From Nitrososphaeria archaeon (GTDB lineage Archaea; Thermoproteota; Nitrososphaeria; JACIWG01), in the NCBI GenBank assembly GCA_050011875.1, contig JBEKIG010000010.1, forward strand, positions 1 through 64,000: a DNA stretch of 64,000 nucleotides, in the 5' to 3' direction. This document shows, piece by piece, positions 28,543 through 38,266 of this stretch. Each line of letters begins with the position of its first letter. Position 1 is the first letter of the stretch. The position numbers were made by a program, and so were the translations under genes. The notes beneath the pieces are model-generated. The model did no database searches. It saw only the letters and a program-made list of their open reading frames with translations, and was not told where the DNA came from.

Positions 28543-29325
28543 ATGAGACTGAAAAATAGGGTTTGCTTGGTTACCGGGGCTTCACGTGGTATCGGGCGGG
28601 CGATTGCACTAACCTTTGCTAGGGAAGGAGCGGATTTGATTGTAAACTACTCGAAGAGTGAAGAAAAAGCTAAAGAGGTCGCCAAAGAGATCGTCAAATT
28701 AGGAAGAAAGGCCCTTTTAGTCAAAGCCGATGTTTCAAATAAAGACGAAGTCAAAGCCATGGTCGATAAAGCCATAAAGGAATTTGGAAGGATAGACGTG
28801 CTGGTTAACAACGCAGGAATTACATGGAAACCCACCAAATTATTGGAGGGGACTACGGAAGAGTGGGAGAGAGTGCTGGGAGTTAATCTAATTGGGACGT
28901 ACTATTGTGTGCAGGCGGTAGCACCTTATATGATCAAGAACAGGTATGGAAAGATAATCAACATATCTTCTCTTGCAAGTATCGCTACGACGTTTTCGGA
29001 GAATGTGGCGTACGCGCCTTCGAAGGCAGCGGTCAACGTATTAACGAAAAGGCTTGCATACGAATTAGGACCCCATAATATAAATGTAAACGCTATCGCA
29101 CCAGGACTGATTAAAACAGAGATGCTCAGTGTAGGAAAGACACAGAAGGAAGTAGACAAAACACTAAATGAAATCGCAAATGTGGCTGATCTCAGAAGGA
29201 CGGGCGAACCGCAGGACATCGCAAATGCGGCTCTGTTCTTAGCGTCGGATGAATCGAACTTTATGACGGGGCAGTTAATGGTCGTAGACGGGGGGAGGTT
29301 TAACTTCCTGTCACATAGTGTATGA
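28543..29325 (+). CDS. Short-chain dehydrogenase/reductase (FabG-like)
   Basis: TGASRGIG, NNAG, YAPSK, VDGG motifs. Confidence 0.95.
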   Translation: MRLKNRVCLVTGASRGIGRAIALTFAREGADLIVNYSKSEEKAKEVAKEIVKLGRKALLVKADVSNKDEVKAMVDKAIKEFGRIDVLVNNAGITWKPTKLLEGTTEEWERVLGVNLIGTYYCVQAVAPYMIKNRYGKIINISSLASIATTFSENVAYAPSKAAVNVLTKRLAYELGPHNINVNAIAPGLIKTEMLSVGKTQKEVDKTLNEIANVADLRRTGEPQDIANAALFLASDESNFMTGQLMVVDGGRFNFLSHSV

Positions 29326-29436
29326 TAAGGAAAGTTTTACCCGTCGCAGCTGGTGTAAAGGTATTCCAACCTCATAGAAGGCAACACCAAGGGAAATATT
29401 AAATTTAATATACTGTAGTTCTCTCCTTTCTGGCGT

Positions 29437-29528
29437 GGCCTCCGTGGTGTAGTGGTAGCATAATGGCCTGTGGAGCCGTGGGCTCGGGTTCGACAAATTA
29501 AACGTTCGAAAATCCCGACGGAGGCCCC
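29437..29528 (+). tRNA. tRNA-His(GUG) with encoded G-1 and an 18-nt non-canonical intron at 59/60
   Basis: Acceptor GCCTCCG/CGGAGGC, G-1:C73, anticodon loop CT-GTG-GA, T-arm TCGGG-TTCGAC[intron]T-CCCGA. Confidence 0.95.
29495..29512 (+). other. BHB tRNA intron in the T-loop (59/60)
   Basis: Central helix TTCG/CGAA with 3-nt bulges ACA and AAT; cuts after the second bulge base give a 7-nt T-loop TTCGACT. Confidence 0.9.
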
Positions 29529-29541
29529 TTCCAGATCTAAG

Positions 29542-29973
29542 CTAGGTTATCCACTTTGAAGAGCCGTCGACATAGTTTTCCTTCTTGAAGATGGGTGGTT
29601 CTTGCTTATACCTCTCCACTGCTTCCTGTACAGCTTTAAATGCTGGTCCTCTTGATTTTGAGGCTACGATCACCGCGACTATTGGTTCAGTTGGGTCGAA
29701 GTCTCCTTCTAGATGTATGATTGATATAAAGATCAGGGAAAACGCTTGCTTTATTTCGTCACAAATTCTTAGTATGGTTTTATCGGCTTCTTCCTTGTAA
29801 GTTTCTATGGTCACACTCTTCACTTTTTTTTCCGAGACGGTACTCGACTCCTTTGAAATGCCTATGAAGGTGACAATGGCTCCGACATTCTTATTAGATA
29901 TGTCCTTTTGAATATCGGTTACAGTGTCAAATAAATTTAATGAATTTTTTAAGTATATCCCCGGGGACAGCAT
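29542..29973 (-). CDS. moaE: Molybdopterin synthase catalytic subunit
   Basis: GAIVTFIG, IIH..G, PIFKKE......W motifs. Confidence 0.9.
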   Translation of the reverse strand: MLSPGIYLKNSLNLFDTVTDIQKDISNKNVGAIVTFIGISKESSTVSEKKVKSVTIETYKEEADKTILRICDEIKQAFSLIFISIIHLEGDFDPTEPIVAVIVASKSRGPAFKAVQEAVERYKQEPPIFKKENYVDGSSKWIT

Positions 29974-30012
29974 TTTAAACTAAAAGTCTTTTGATGATTA
30001 TTAAACGTTCTC

Positions 30013-30543
30013 TTAATAAGAGATAGACTCTTTTTCTACGGCTTTCCTTCTCAGCTCATGCCCACATATAGGGCAAATCGACGTCTTTGAGTCTTTGAAG
30101 ACTTTTCCACATGCGGGACAATAGATCATCCACTTTATCTGCTTAGTGATTCCTTTCACTGCCATTGATTTAAACTTGATTCCTAAAGTATACGCTATAT
30201 TTTGCAAGGAGTAATCATCGGTGATTAAAGTTAGTTCCTCATTCATATTCTCCTTCAAGTAGAGGGCTGAGGCAATTATCGACAAGTCGGTCTTTGACAG
30301 CGCTTTTAGGTCAGAAGAATCTGCTGTTGCTAAGGATATCTTAGAAAGATACTCGGAGGGTGGGCTAATGATCTTTAATGACCCTTGCAAGACGTATATA
30401 TCTATCTTTGTTCGAAGAAATCTGTTTCTACCAACTTCATGGATAACTTCTTCAGTCGTATATGCAACAGCAGAGGAAGAAAAAGAAAAGCCGAACATAA
30501 AAGCAGATGAATCTAGAATGTATATCATACGATTTCTATCCAA
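30013..30543 (-). CDS. nob1: PIN-domain rRNA maturation endonuclease Nob1
   Basis: ILDSSAF, LSKTD, TDDYSLQN and a C-terminal CxxC...CxxC zinc ribbon. Confidence 0.92.
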   Translation of the reverse strand: MDRNRMIYILDSSAFMFGFSFSSSAVAYTTEEVIHEVGRNRFLRTKIDIYVLQGSLKIISPPSEYLSKISLATADSSDLKALSKTDLSIIASALYLKENMNEELTLITDDYSLQNIAYTLGIKFKSMAVKGITKQIKWMIYCPACGKVFKDSKTSICPICGHELRRKAVEKESISY

Positions 30544-31372
30544 TTATATCAAAGCCTAGTTTCTGAATTTGTGATAGGCGACCTGTAAAAACCTTTAGAA
30601 ATTTAGCTTTTTCTTCGTTTCTCTCTATTTGGATTACTTTGTTTCTTTCCAAACTTTGTTTTATCTGCCCATCAATAACCAGATTTGCTTTGTTAGAACA
30701 TGATACACTTAACGGTAATGGTTGGACAATAATAGGTGGCAGTCTTTGAACAGATCCAATTGAGTTTAGCAAAAAAGCATCAAGTGTTTCATCTAATACA
30801 GGACCATCTAAAGAGAATGAGTGTCCTGTAGACCCTGTTGGTGTAGAAATGATTAAACCATCCATTCTTTTTTTTATGAGAAGTTCCTTCTGCGCTATAG
30901 TGAACAGGGGCAGTTCTGTCAACGATCCCCTGTATAAAAGTACCTCATTAAGGGCGGTTAATTTTTTAACAGGATCACCGACGTCAAGTTTAAGCATCAT
31001 ATGCTCTTGAACGTGAAACCTATCCCTTTTTATTGAATCGATTGCCAAATCTATTTCATCAGGAAATATTTCCGTAAGGACGCCCTTTGAGCCGACGTTT
31101 ATTCCTAGAATTGGGACCTGTTTTGATAAACTTCTAATCACACCTATTATCGTGCCGTCTCCACCTAAAATGCATAGAAGATCTGTATTAGATTGATCCA
31201 CATCTTCTATATTTAGACTATTTGTTGACTGATATTTTACTGGTGTTATCGTATTTACGTGAAAATTATTCTTCTTAAAAGACTCGATGATGAATTTTGT
31301 CACCCTGTGTTGGTTTATCTTTTTGATATTTCCTGCGATCGCGATCCTGTTTATTGTGGTCAAATTTGCCAA
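30536..31372 (-). CDS. ppnK: NAD(+) kinase
   Basis: GGDGT, ALNE, DGLIISTPTGSTGHS motifs. Confidence 0.92.
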   Translation of the reverse strand: MANLTTINRIAIAGNIKKINQHRVTKFIIESFKKNNFHVNTITPVKYQSTNSLNIEDVDQSNTDLLCILGGDGTIIGVIRSLSKQVPILGINVGSKGVLTEIFPDEIDLAIDSIKRDRFHVQEHMMLKLDVGDPVKKLTALNEVLLYRGSLTELPLFTIAQKELLIKKRMDGLIISTPTGSTGHSFSLDGPVLDETLDAFLLNSIGSVQRLPPIIVQPLPLSVSCSNKANLVIDGQIKQSLERNKVIQIERNEEKAKFLKVFTGRLSQIQKLGFDIIG

Positions 31373-31522
31373 CCATATTTGTTCTTTGGTGGTGATATTA
31401 AATATTGTCGGGAAAAACCTATTTTTACCGGCATTAACAATTATATGGTGCCCGATGAATTACAGGAAGAGCCGTCTGAGCATTATATGTTATGAAGATG
31501 ATTATGAGTTACGAGGGCACCT

Positions 31523-31924
31523 TTAGGATTTACCTTTTACTCGCATAATCTTGCTTTTACCTAAGACGTTCCAATACTCTACTTCCGTTCCTTGACTTAT
31601 TAACTTGGCTACCTCGTCTTCTTTTGGAAATGGCAATTCAAACGTTTCAAACGTTTCCAAGTCCATAATCTGTAGAATGTTTCCTGTGATAGAAATTACC
31701 TGACCACTCTTTTTTTCAATAAGAGGAACTTCGACCATAGAAGCGACTGGACTTAAAAGACTCTTCTTTGAACTGTCAAATACACCTATGGCAACAATAC
31801 GTGCTTTTGCAGAACCGTGCTTGCCAGTTTTACTTTTATCATATTCCACAATTTTGCAAGGCTCTCCATCAATAATAATGTATGAGCCTATTTTAAGACT
31901 TGAAAGATCAGCTGGTCGACTCAA
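31523..31924 (-). CDS. eif5a: Translation factor aIF-5A
   Basis: KSKTGKHGSAK hypusine motif. Confidence 0.98.
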   Translation of the reverse strand: MSRPADLSSLKIGSYIIIDGEPCKIVEYDKSKTGKHGSAKARIVAIGVFDSSKKSLLSPVASMVEVPLIEKKSGQVISITGNILQIMDLETFETFELPFPKEDEVAKLISQGTEVEYWNVLGKSKIMRVKGKS

Positions 31925-32303
31925 AAACTATCACCTTTATTATCATCAAAGAAGAAGAAACATATATCTATATAAAATTAATGAATAAAAGGTAGCCTTG
32001 TGAGAAGCGTTTTAAAAAAAAGAACATTATAGTCTGATCGTTAAGATGTGGTGAAGGTGTGATGGCGATCTTTTGTCCTAATATTGAACCTCTTTCTGCA
32101 ATAATTAAATCTCTCTTGGTCAAACACTTTATGGTAGAGAAGGATTTGACCTGTTTAAGATTTCGAATACATAATCCCTTTATCGTATGTTCTACATCTT
32201 TTGGAAACTTGGAAGGTAAATGGTTATTAGACTCTTCAAATGCAAGGAAAGGGCTGAATTTGAATAATATGATTAAGGGTACATTTATAATTCTAGTCTG
32301 AGT

Positions 32304-33620
32304 GTGAAAAGTTTGTTAGATCAATTAAAAGAAAGCCTAAGGAATGCGATAAAGAAGCTGATCTATAGTGATGTAGTAGACGAGCAGGCGATAAAGGAGT
32401 TTGTAAGGGATATACAAAGAAGTCTACTACAAGCTGATGTCAACGTTAAGATCGTTTTAGATATAACATCAAAGATAGAAAAGGAGGCGTTAAAAAGTGA
32501 CATCCCTGCTGGATTATCAAAGCGTGATTATATTATTAATCTGCTTTATGGAGAGCTTACAAAAATTCTTGGCACAGAAAGTAAAGTTGAGTTCCCTAGA
32601 AATAAATGTAACGTAATTTTATTAGTCGGAATTCAAGGCTCTGGTAAGACAACTTTTGCAGCAAAATTAGGAAAATATTTCTTAAGGGAAGGATACCAAG
32701 TCGGAATAGTTTGTGCCGATACATTTAGGCCTGGAGCCTTAGAGCAATTGAAGACTACATGCGAAAGAGGAAAGATAGACCTTTTTGGAAAACAGGGTGA
32801 AAGAAACGCTATAAAGATTTGTGTGGAAGGAAAAAAAATTTTTGAACAAAATAAGAATATCTTAATAATAGATACTGCCGGAAGACACAAAGAAGAAAAG
32901 GAGCTAATTCTAGAAATGAAAGAAATAAATGATGTACTAAAACCTCAAATGGTACTACTAGTTATTGATGGAACAATAGGGCAGCAGAGTTTTGCTCAGG
33001 CAAAAGCTTTCCATGAAGCCACCTCTATAGGCGGAATAGTTCTAACAAAACTGGATGGAGCAGCAAAGGGAGGTGGAGCAATAGCTGCTGCTGCGTCAAC
33101 CCAAGCAAGTATCCTTTTTATAAGCACAGGGGAAGGAATAGATGACATCGAAAGGTTTGTTCCAGAAAGATTTGTGAACAGATTACTCGGATTAGGCGAC
33201 ATTAAGGCAATATTAGAGAGAGTAAAGCAAGCAGAAATAGAGCCGGATGAGTCAAGAGCAAGAAGGATAATGTCAGGAAAGATGTCGATAGACGATCTTT
33301 ATGATCAATTGATGCAGTTAAAGAAATTTGGTTCTTTGAAGAAACTTTTGGAACTCATACCTGGAATGCCAGAAGTTGATCGCTCTATAAACATGGACGA
33401 ACTAGAAGGTAGGTTAGAGAAATGGCGCTTTGTAATACAATCGATGACAAAGGAAGAAAAACGAGATCCAGATATACTTAATGCATCAAGAATGAGAAGA
33501 ATAGCTAGAGGATCCGGAGTGGACGAAAAAGAAGTTAAAGAAATGGTTAAGCAGTACAATAATATGAAAATTGTAATGAAAAAAAACAAAGGCAAATTTC
33601 TACGTGGATTTATGAGGTGA
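32304..33620 (+). CDS. srp54: Signal recognition particle protein SRP54
   Basis: GIQGSGKTT, DTAGRH, TKLDG motifs and M-domain SRMRRIARGSG. Confidence 0.98.
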   Translation: MKSLLDQLKESLRNAIKKLIYSDVVDEQAIKEFVRDIQRSLLQADVNVKIVLDITSKIEKEALKSDIPAGLSKRDYIINLLYGELTKILGTESKVEFPRNKCNVILLVGIQGSGKTTFAAKLGKYFLREGYQVGIVCADTFRPGALEQLKTTCERGKIDLFGKQGERNAIKICVEGKKIFEQNKNILIIDTAGRHKEEKELILEMKEINDVLKPQMVLLVIDGTIGQQSFAQAKAFHEATSIGGIVLTKLDGAAKGGGAIAAAASTQASILFISTGEGIDDIERFVPERFVNRLLGLGDIKAILERVKQAEIEPDESRARRIMSGKMSIDDLYDQLMQLKKFGSLKKLLELIPGMPEVDRSINMDELEGRLEKWRFVIQSMTKEEKRDPDILNASRMRRIARGSGVDEKEVKEMVKQYNNMKIVMKKNKGKFLRGFMR

Positions 33621-34426
33621 TTCAAATGAGACCTCCAAAAGAGGTGGTCTTAACTGAAAGGATACTGAAGGAAAAACGGCTCTGTAACAATTGCTTGGGA
33701 AGACAATTTCCCAAGTTTCGACCGGAACTTACAATCAAAGAAAAAGGAATACTGTTAAGGTTCTTAGCTGAAACTAAGACTAAAGGTTGGAATTCAGAAG
33801 GTTACACTTGGGAAGAACTTTACAATCTCTTTGAGAAGCAGCCATGTGAATTATGCAGAGGTATTTTTGATAAGATCGACGATATTGCAGACAGATTAGT
33901 CGATGAAATGAGGGAATACGAATTTAAGAATTTTTTGTGCGGAGCAAATGTGCCCTTCCAGATAACAGAGAAAGAAGATAAAATAAGATCCAAATACAAA
34001 CTTAAAGGTGAAAGTTTAAGGAAAGAGATCGTACGTGAAGTGGGATTAAAGTTAAATGAATTGTTAAAGAGGGATACCAGCTTTTCGGACCCGGATATCA
34101 AGATCATATTACAACCTTTTGAGGATCAATTAAATGTCAAAATCACTACCAAACCTATCTTTATGCATGGACAATATGAAACAGAAAATGAACTGGACAT
34201 TAAAGAAAGGCTAAAAGAGTTTTTTCTAGGAGAGTTTCAAGCAGAATCTGTAAAAGTGAAAATCAGTCCTTCCTATGACCCTCTTGTTAAAAGAAACTTG
34301 TTTACAATAAGAATTATCCATCCAAAAAAGAGAACGATTCATGTCGAAAAAACTATGATTTCAGGCGGCATAGAAGTCACTGAAATTAAAGAAATGGTAG
34401 GAGGAGGTCGTAGGCGGTCAAAATGA
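33617..34426 (+). CDS. Pus10-like protein, N-terminal Zn/THUMP region only
   Basis: LCNNCLGRQF, CELCRG, ESLRKEI...G...PD; catalytic C-terminal domain absent; usual position between srp54 and rpl21e. Confidence 0.75.
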   Translation: MIQMRPPKEVVLTERILKEKRLCNNCLGRQFPKFRPELTIKEKGILLRFLAETKTKGWNSEGYTWEELYNLFEKQPCELCRGIFDKIDDIADRLVDEMREYEFKNFLCGANVPFQITEKEDKIRSKYKLKGESLRKEIVREVGLKLNELLKRDTSFSDPDIKIILQPFEDQLNVKITTKPIFMHGQYETENELDIKERLKEFFLGEFQAESVKVKISPSYDPLVKRNLFTIRIIHPKKRTIHVEKTMISGGIEVTEIKEMVGGGRRRSK

Positions 34427-34557
34427 AAGTTATTGTTTAATATAACTAGAGATCCGAAATGTAATAGAACGGTGAGGAGTAGTAGGAGTAAGGTACAGAG
34501 GAAGACTTTAAAATAAAACTATATTACATAAGAAAAGGAAATGGTTGGCGAGCGAAT

Positions 34558-34845
34558 ATGACAAGGTCGCATGGGTATAGAAGGAGAACGAGAAGCTTGT
34601 TCACGAAGGATTTGACGAGTGAGCAAGGTTTATCTTACATTATGAGAGAGTATAATGTTAATGATAAAGTTATTATTAAAATTAACCCATCAATAGTAAA
34701 AGGCATGCCTCACCGTAGATATCATGGGAAAGTAGGAGTAGTGGAAAAGGTAATGAGAAGATCCCTCTTAATCGATGTTAAGGTGGGAGATAAAACCAAG
34801 AAAGTAATTGCCCGACTTGAGCATGTTAAGCCTCTGACTGCGTAA
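34558..34845 (+). CDS. rpl21e: 50S ribosomal protein L21e
   Basis: SHGYRRRTR, KGMPHRRYHGKVG, EHVKP. Confidence 0.98.
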   Translation: MTRSHGYRRRTRSLFTKDLTSEQGLSYIMREYNVNDKVIIKINPSIVKGMPHRRYHGKVGVVEKVMRRSLLIDVKVGDKTKKVIARLEHVKPLTA

Positions 34846-34849
34846 GGGT

Positions 34850-35200
34850 GTGGATTTCATGGAGAAGAAGGAGGCCGTTAAAAAGCCAATAACAATGGCA
34901 GAAGCAAAAGATATCCTAGAGAAGATAAACGTAGAGGAAGCAGATCAGATTCAGAAAAGAACTATTGATTATCTGACAAAGTTCACTAAGGTAAGTTCAA
35001 AAGTTGCCATTATGATAAAGGGAAGGCTCATTAAAGAATTAGGGTTAACAGAAGAAGAAGCCATAGAGGTGACTAATATATTACCCTCCTCATTAGGAGA
35101 ATTGAATACAATTATCGCTGGTTGGAGGAAGATTTTTTCCACAGAAAAGAAAAATTTAATTCTGAATATTATTAATGAAGAAAGGAAGAAGGGTGAGTAA
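34850..35200 (+). CDS. rpoF: RNA polymerase subunit Rpo4 (RpoF)
   Basis: ITMAEAKDIL, QKRTIDYL.KF, NILP; conserved synteny after rpl21e. Confidence 0.92.
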   Translation: MDFMEKKEAVKKPITMAEAKDILEKINVEEADQIQKRTIDYLTKFTKVSSKVAIMIKGRLIKELGLTEEEAIEVTNILPSSLGELNTIIAGWRKIFSTEKKNLILNIINEERKKGE

Positions 35201-35202
35201 AC

Positions 35203-35760
35203 ATTTCCTTTCGTGAGCGAAAATTTGAAGAGTACGCTTATCTTTTGGATTTCATTCCTAATGGCAGATCTTCTGTGATAAGGGGGCGGGAAGGATCAAT
35301 TGTACAGGCAATAGGAGAGGAAAACCTTGTGCTATTGGAGATTCTATCAACAAATAACGTCACATTTGAGGAAGGAGAAAGGATTTACATTGGGAAAGAG
35401 GGTAGGAAGAAGATAATAAGTGTACTCGGTAGACTCAATTATGGAGACCTTTCACCCAATTCAAAAAATGAAATACCTTACGTATTGGAAAAAATAGTTT
35501 TAGCAAATGAGCAGAGATTTGTAAAATATTTTAACGAATCCATGCCCGTGACGCCTAGACTACATAGTTTAGAACTAATACCTGGCATAGGAAAAACCTA
35601 CATGATGCAAATATTGAACGAGAGGGAAAAACGTCCTTTTGTTTCATTCGAAGATGTTAATAAAAGGAGTGGATTAAGGGACATTGCGAAACTTATAACC
35701 AAAAGGATACTCGAGGAACTTCAAGGTAATACAAGAATATTTCTCTTCGTAAAAAAGTAG
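35203..35760 (+). CDS. DUF655 family RNA-binding protein
   Basis: EEYAYLLDF, QAIGE..LLE, RLHSLELIPGIG; the conserved N-terminus lies upstream of the TTG 35245 call; candidate ATT start at 35203. Confidence 0.9.
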   Translation: MSFRERKFEEYAYLLDFIPNGRSSVIRGREGSIVQAIGEENLVLLEILSTNNVTFEEGERIYIGKEGRKKIISVLGRLNYGDLSPNSKNEIPYVLEKIVLANEQRFVKYFNESMPVTPRLHSLELIPGIGKTYMMQILNEREKRPFVSFEDVNKRSGLRDIAKLITKRILEELQGNTRIFLFVKK

Positions 35761-35762
35761 CG

Positions 35763-36104
35763 CTATTTTGAAGACAGTTTAAGAATTGCTCGAGCTAAGT
35801 CTCCGTCACATTCCTTTAAGGCTTCTTCGGCGACTACCTTCGTAACACCAGCCTGCTGAGCCACAAGAAGAACATCTTCTTCGCTGTACTTTTTAGCTAC
35901 ACCCTGCTCTTCTATTGAACCGCCCATTATTTGATATATCTGCATTCCTTGAGCGCTAACTTGGGATACGGATGGTTTTTTTATCAAGATGTCTTTACCC
36001 TCCGTTCTTATGATAACTTCTTTTACGTTAGGAACTTCTTTCATATCTAAACCCAGCTTATCCATCATTCGTTTTGCGTCTCTCTGATTTAATCTGAATC
36101 CCAA
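35763..36104 (-). CDS. nac: Nascent polypeptide-associated complex protein
   Basis: MM.KLG...V.EVII, EEDVLLVAQQAGV, GDLARAIL. Confidence 0.95.
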   Translation of the reverse strand: MGFRLNQRDAKRMMDKLGLDMKEVPNVKEVIIRTEGKDILIKKPSVSQVSAQGMQIYQIMGGSIEEQGVAKKYSEEDVLLVAQQAGVTKVVAEEALKECDGDLARAILKLSSK

Positions 36105-36556
36105 TCTTTTACCACCCTATTTTTAACACATAGACCGGATTTAAAACGTTCGATTTGTTCAAAGGAAATTGTGGATCTGCCAACACCGATTAATGTTTCA
36201 TTTGGTTCTAGTATGAAAACGTCTGACCCTACAAAAACGTTCTTCCCCATCTTTTTAACATTCTTGACGAAAACGGATGAACCATCCTTGATATGAGCTA
36301 CAGCGTCTTCTTTGACAACCACAGTATTTTGTTTAAAATCTTTGGCCTTGTACAATAGATAGTAAGCGTAAGGCGTAGGAGCAAAACTTCCATTTGAACG
36401 GAATGTGCCTAATAATTTATTTTTGTAAAATAACTGTTTTATTTTACCTGTTCTCTTTGAAACTATAGCCCTGATCTTTTCAATGTCTACTACTTCATGA
36501 ACCGAACGTCCATAGAAATAATCTAATATATAGGGGAGATCTTTTAGTTTACGCAT
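36089..36556 (-). CDS. PUA-domain protein (archaeosine TGT C-terminal-like)
   Basis: DYFYG, SKRTGKIKQ, GSSVFVKNV, LIGVG. Confidence 0.85.
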   Translation of the reverse strand: MRKLKDLPYILDYFYGRSVHEVVDIEKIRAIVSKRTGKIKQLFYKNKLLGTFRSNGSFAPTPYAYYLLYKAKDFKQNTVVVKEDAVAHIKDGSSVFVKNVKKMGKNVFVGSDVFILEPNETLIGVGRSTISFEQIERFKSGLCVKNRVVKDWDSD

Positions 36557-36610
36557 GCTGACATCGTCTTATAACATGGTGAACAACTTAAATTTTGGGG
36601 TAGGAAAACA

Positions 36611-37006
36611 TTGAACTGTGAAATCTGTGGAAAACGAGTGGACGGAAAACCTAATAAAATAATGGTTGACGGCTCAATACTTGAAGTCTGTAATTCGTGT
36701 GCTAACCTAGGAGAAGAAGTTAAAGAAATCCCCAGAAACAAATTAAAGCCTAGGCCAAGGATGATGACGCATACCCAAAAAATTGATCTTGAAGAAATGG
36801 AAATCGTACCAGATTATGCTCTAACAATAAAAAGAGCTAGAGAAAAAATGGGATTATCCCAAGACGACCTCGCAAGAAGGGTCAACGAAAAAGCATCTGT
36901 AATTAGCCTTATTGAATCAAGCAAAATGAAACCTAGTATATTTATAGGCCAGAAGTTAGAACGCGCACTAAAAATAGATCTATTCGCAATGATCGAGGAA
37001 AAATAA
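36611..37006 (+). CDS. mbf1: Multiprotein bridging factor aMBF1
   Basis: CEICG...VCNSC zinc ribbon plus HTH IKRAREKMGLSQDDLA. Confidence 0.95.
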   Translation: MNCEICGKRVDGKPNKIMVDGSILEVCNSCANLGEEVKEIPRNKLKPRPRMMTHTQKIDLEEMEIVPDYALTIKRAREKMGLSQDDLARRVNEKASVISLIESSKMKPSIFIGQKLERALKIDLFAMIEEK

Positions 37007-38266
37007 ATGTTAAGCAATAGAGAAAATGTTATACTTATCACTTATCCTGAACAATACGTCATAAAGGAGGCTATCGCATTAGCAAGCACAGCAGGCTATA
37101 ACGTGACAAACGTCATCACACAAAAATATTTGAACAGATCTAGTTTTGGTATAGGGAAAGGTAAGTTGAAGGACTTAGAAGAAATGGTAAAGAATACGGA
37201 AGTTGACAAGATACTCTTTGATGAGACATTAAGACCGACTCAAGCATATAATCTCGCAAAGATTCTGAAGAAAGAGGTAATTGACAGGGAAAAGCTAATA
37301 TTACAAATTTTCACAAAACATGCAGTAACTTCAGAAGCGAAACTGCAAATAAAGCTCGCTGAACAAAGATATGAACTAATCAGAGCAAGGAACAAAGTTA
37401 ACCTAGAAAAGAAAGGTGAACAGCCAGGATTCTTCGGTTTAGGAGAATATGAAGTTGAGGTTTATGTTAACCAAATTAAGAGACAGATCGAGTATTTGAA
37501 CATCAAATTAGCAGATATTCGCAAGCAAAGGGAAACCCAGAGGGCGCAAAGAGAAGAAAATGACATCCCATTAGTTTCATTAGCAGGATATACTGGTGTC
37601 GGGAAGACATCCATATTTAATCTGCTTACCGGAGAAAAACTACAAGTGTCTGATCAGATCTTTACTACCCTAAGGACTACAACAAGAAAAATCCTTAATG
37701 AGAGAAACATCCTTATTTCAGATACGGTTGGATTCATCCGAAATATACCACCTTATATGATTGAAGCTTTCAAGTCCACCTTAGAGGAGTTAAAGTTTGC
37801 TGATGTTATTCTATTAGTAGTAGATGTGAGCGAGCCGATATCAGAAATCCGGAAAAAATTTTCCACATCTTTGAATATCTTGTACGAGTTAGGAGTCATT
37901 ATCAGTGATATAGTTGTAGTTTTGAATAAACAGGATCTTGTATCAGAAGAAAAAATCAAGGAAGTCGAAAACCAATTTAAAAACGATGAGCTTGAGTACA
38001 TAATCATCTCTGCCAAAACTAATTATGGAGGCAACGAACTCTTAGAGAAGATCAGGATTAAGCTCGATGAGGTAACAAAAGAGTTTTTTGTTGATTATCA
38101 GAGCGTTGCTTTAATCTCTAACTTTTTAGACTGGTTGAAGCAATCCTCGCGTGTAGAAACTAGAAAAGACCAAAATTGTCTATATATCAAAGTTACTGGA
38201 AGAAAAACAATTTTAAGTCAATTTGAAAACCAGCTTAAGCGTGTCAGAGCAGATATACGTACTTAG
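37007..38266 (+). CDS. hflX: GTPase HflX
   Basis: IGKGK, EAKLQ, AGYTGVGKTS, DTVGFI, AFKSTLEE, NKQD. Confidence 0.96.
   Translation: MLSNRENVILITYPEQYVIKEAIALASTAGYNVTNVITQKYLNRSSFGIGKGKLKDLEEMVKNTEVDKILFDETLRPTQAYNLAKILKKEVIDREKLILQIFTKHAVTSEAKLQIKLAEQRYELIRARNKVNLEKKGEQPGFFGLGEYEVEVYVNQIKRQIEYLNIKLADIRKQRETQRAQREENDIPLVSLAGYTGVGKTSIFNLLTGEKLQVSDQIFTTLRTTTRKILNERNILISDTVGFIRNIPPYMIEAFKSTLEELKFADVILLVVDVSEPISEIRKKFSTSLNILYELGVIISDIVVVLNKQDLVSEEKIKEVENQFKNDELEYIIISAKTNYGGNELLEKIRIKLDEVTKEFFVDYQSVALISNFLDWLKQSSRVETRKDQNCLYIKVTGRKTILSQFENQLKRVRADIRT

Noticed and set aside
29311-29496. 61-aa minus-strand ORF
   Set aside because: It is antisense to tRNA-His.
29437-29528. tRNA-His as the integration site of the upstream island
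   Set aside because: No duplicate of the tRNA-His sequence was noticed in the window, and core genes follow its 3' end directly.
32059-32301. 80-aa ORF between eif5a and srp54
   Set aside because: No recognisable motif; it may be spurious or a decayed gene.
33617-34426. Pus10 truncation caused by an intron or frameshift
   Set aside because: No catalytic-domain sequence follows in any frame, and only about 130 bp separate it from rpl21e.
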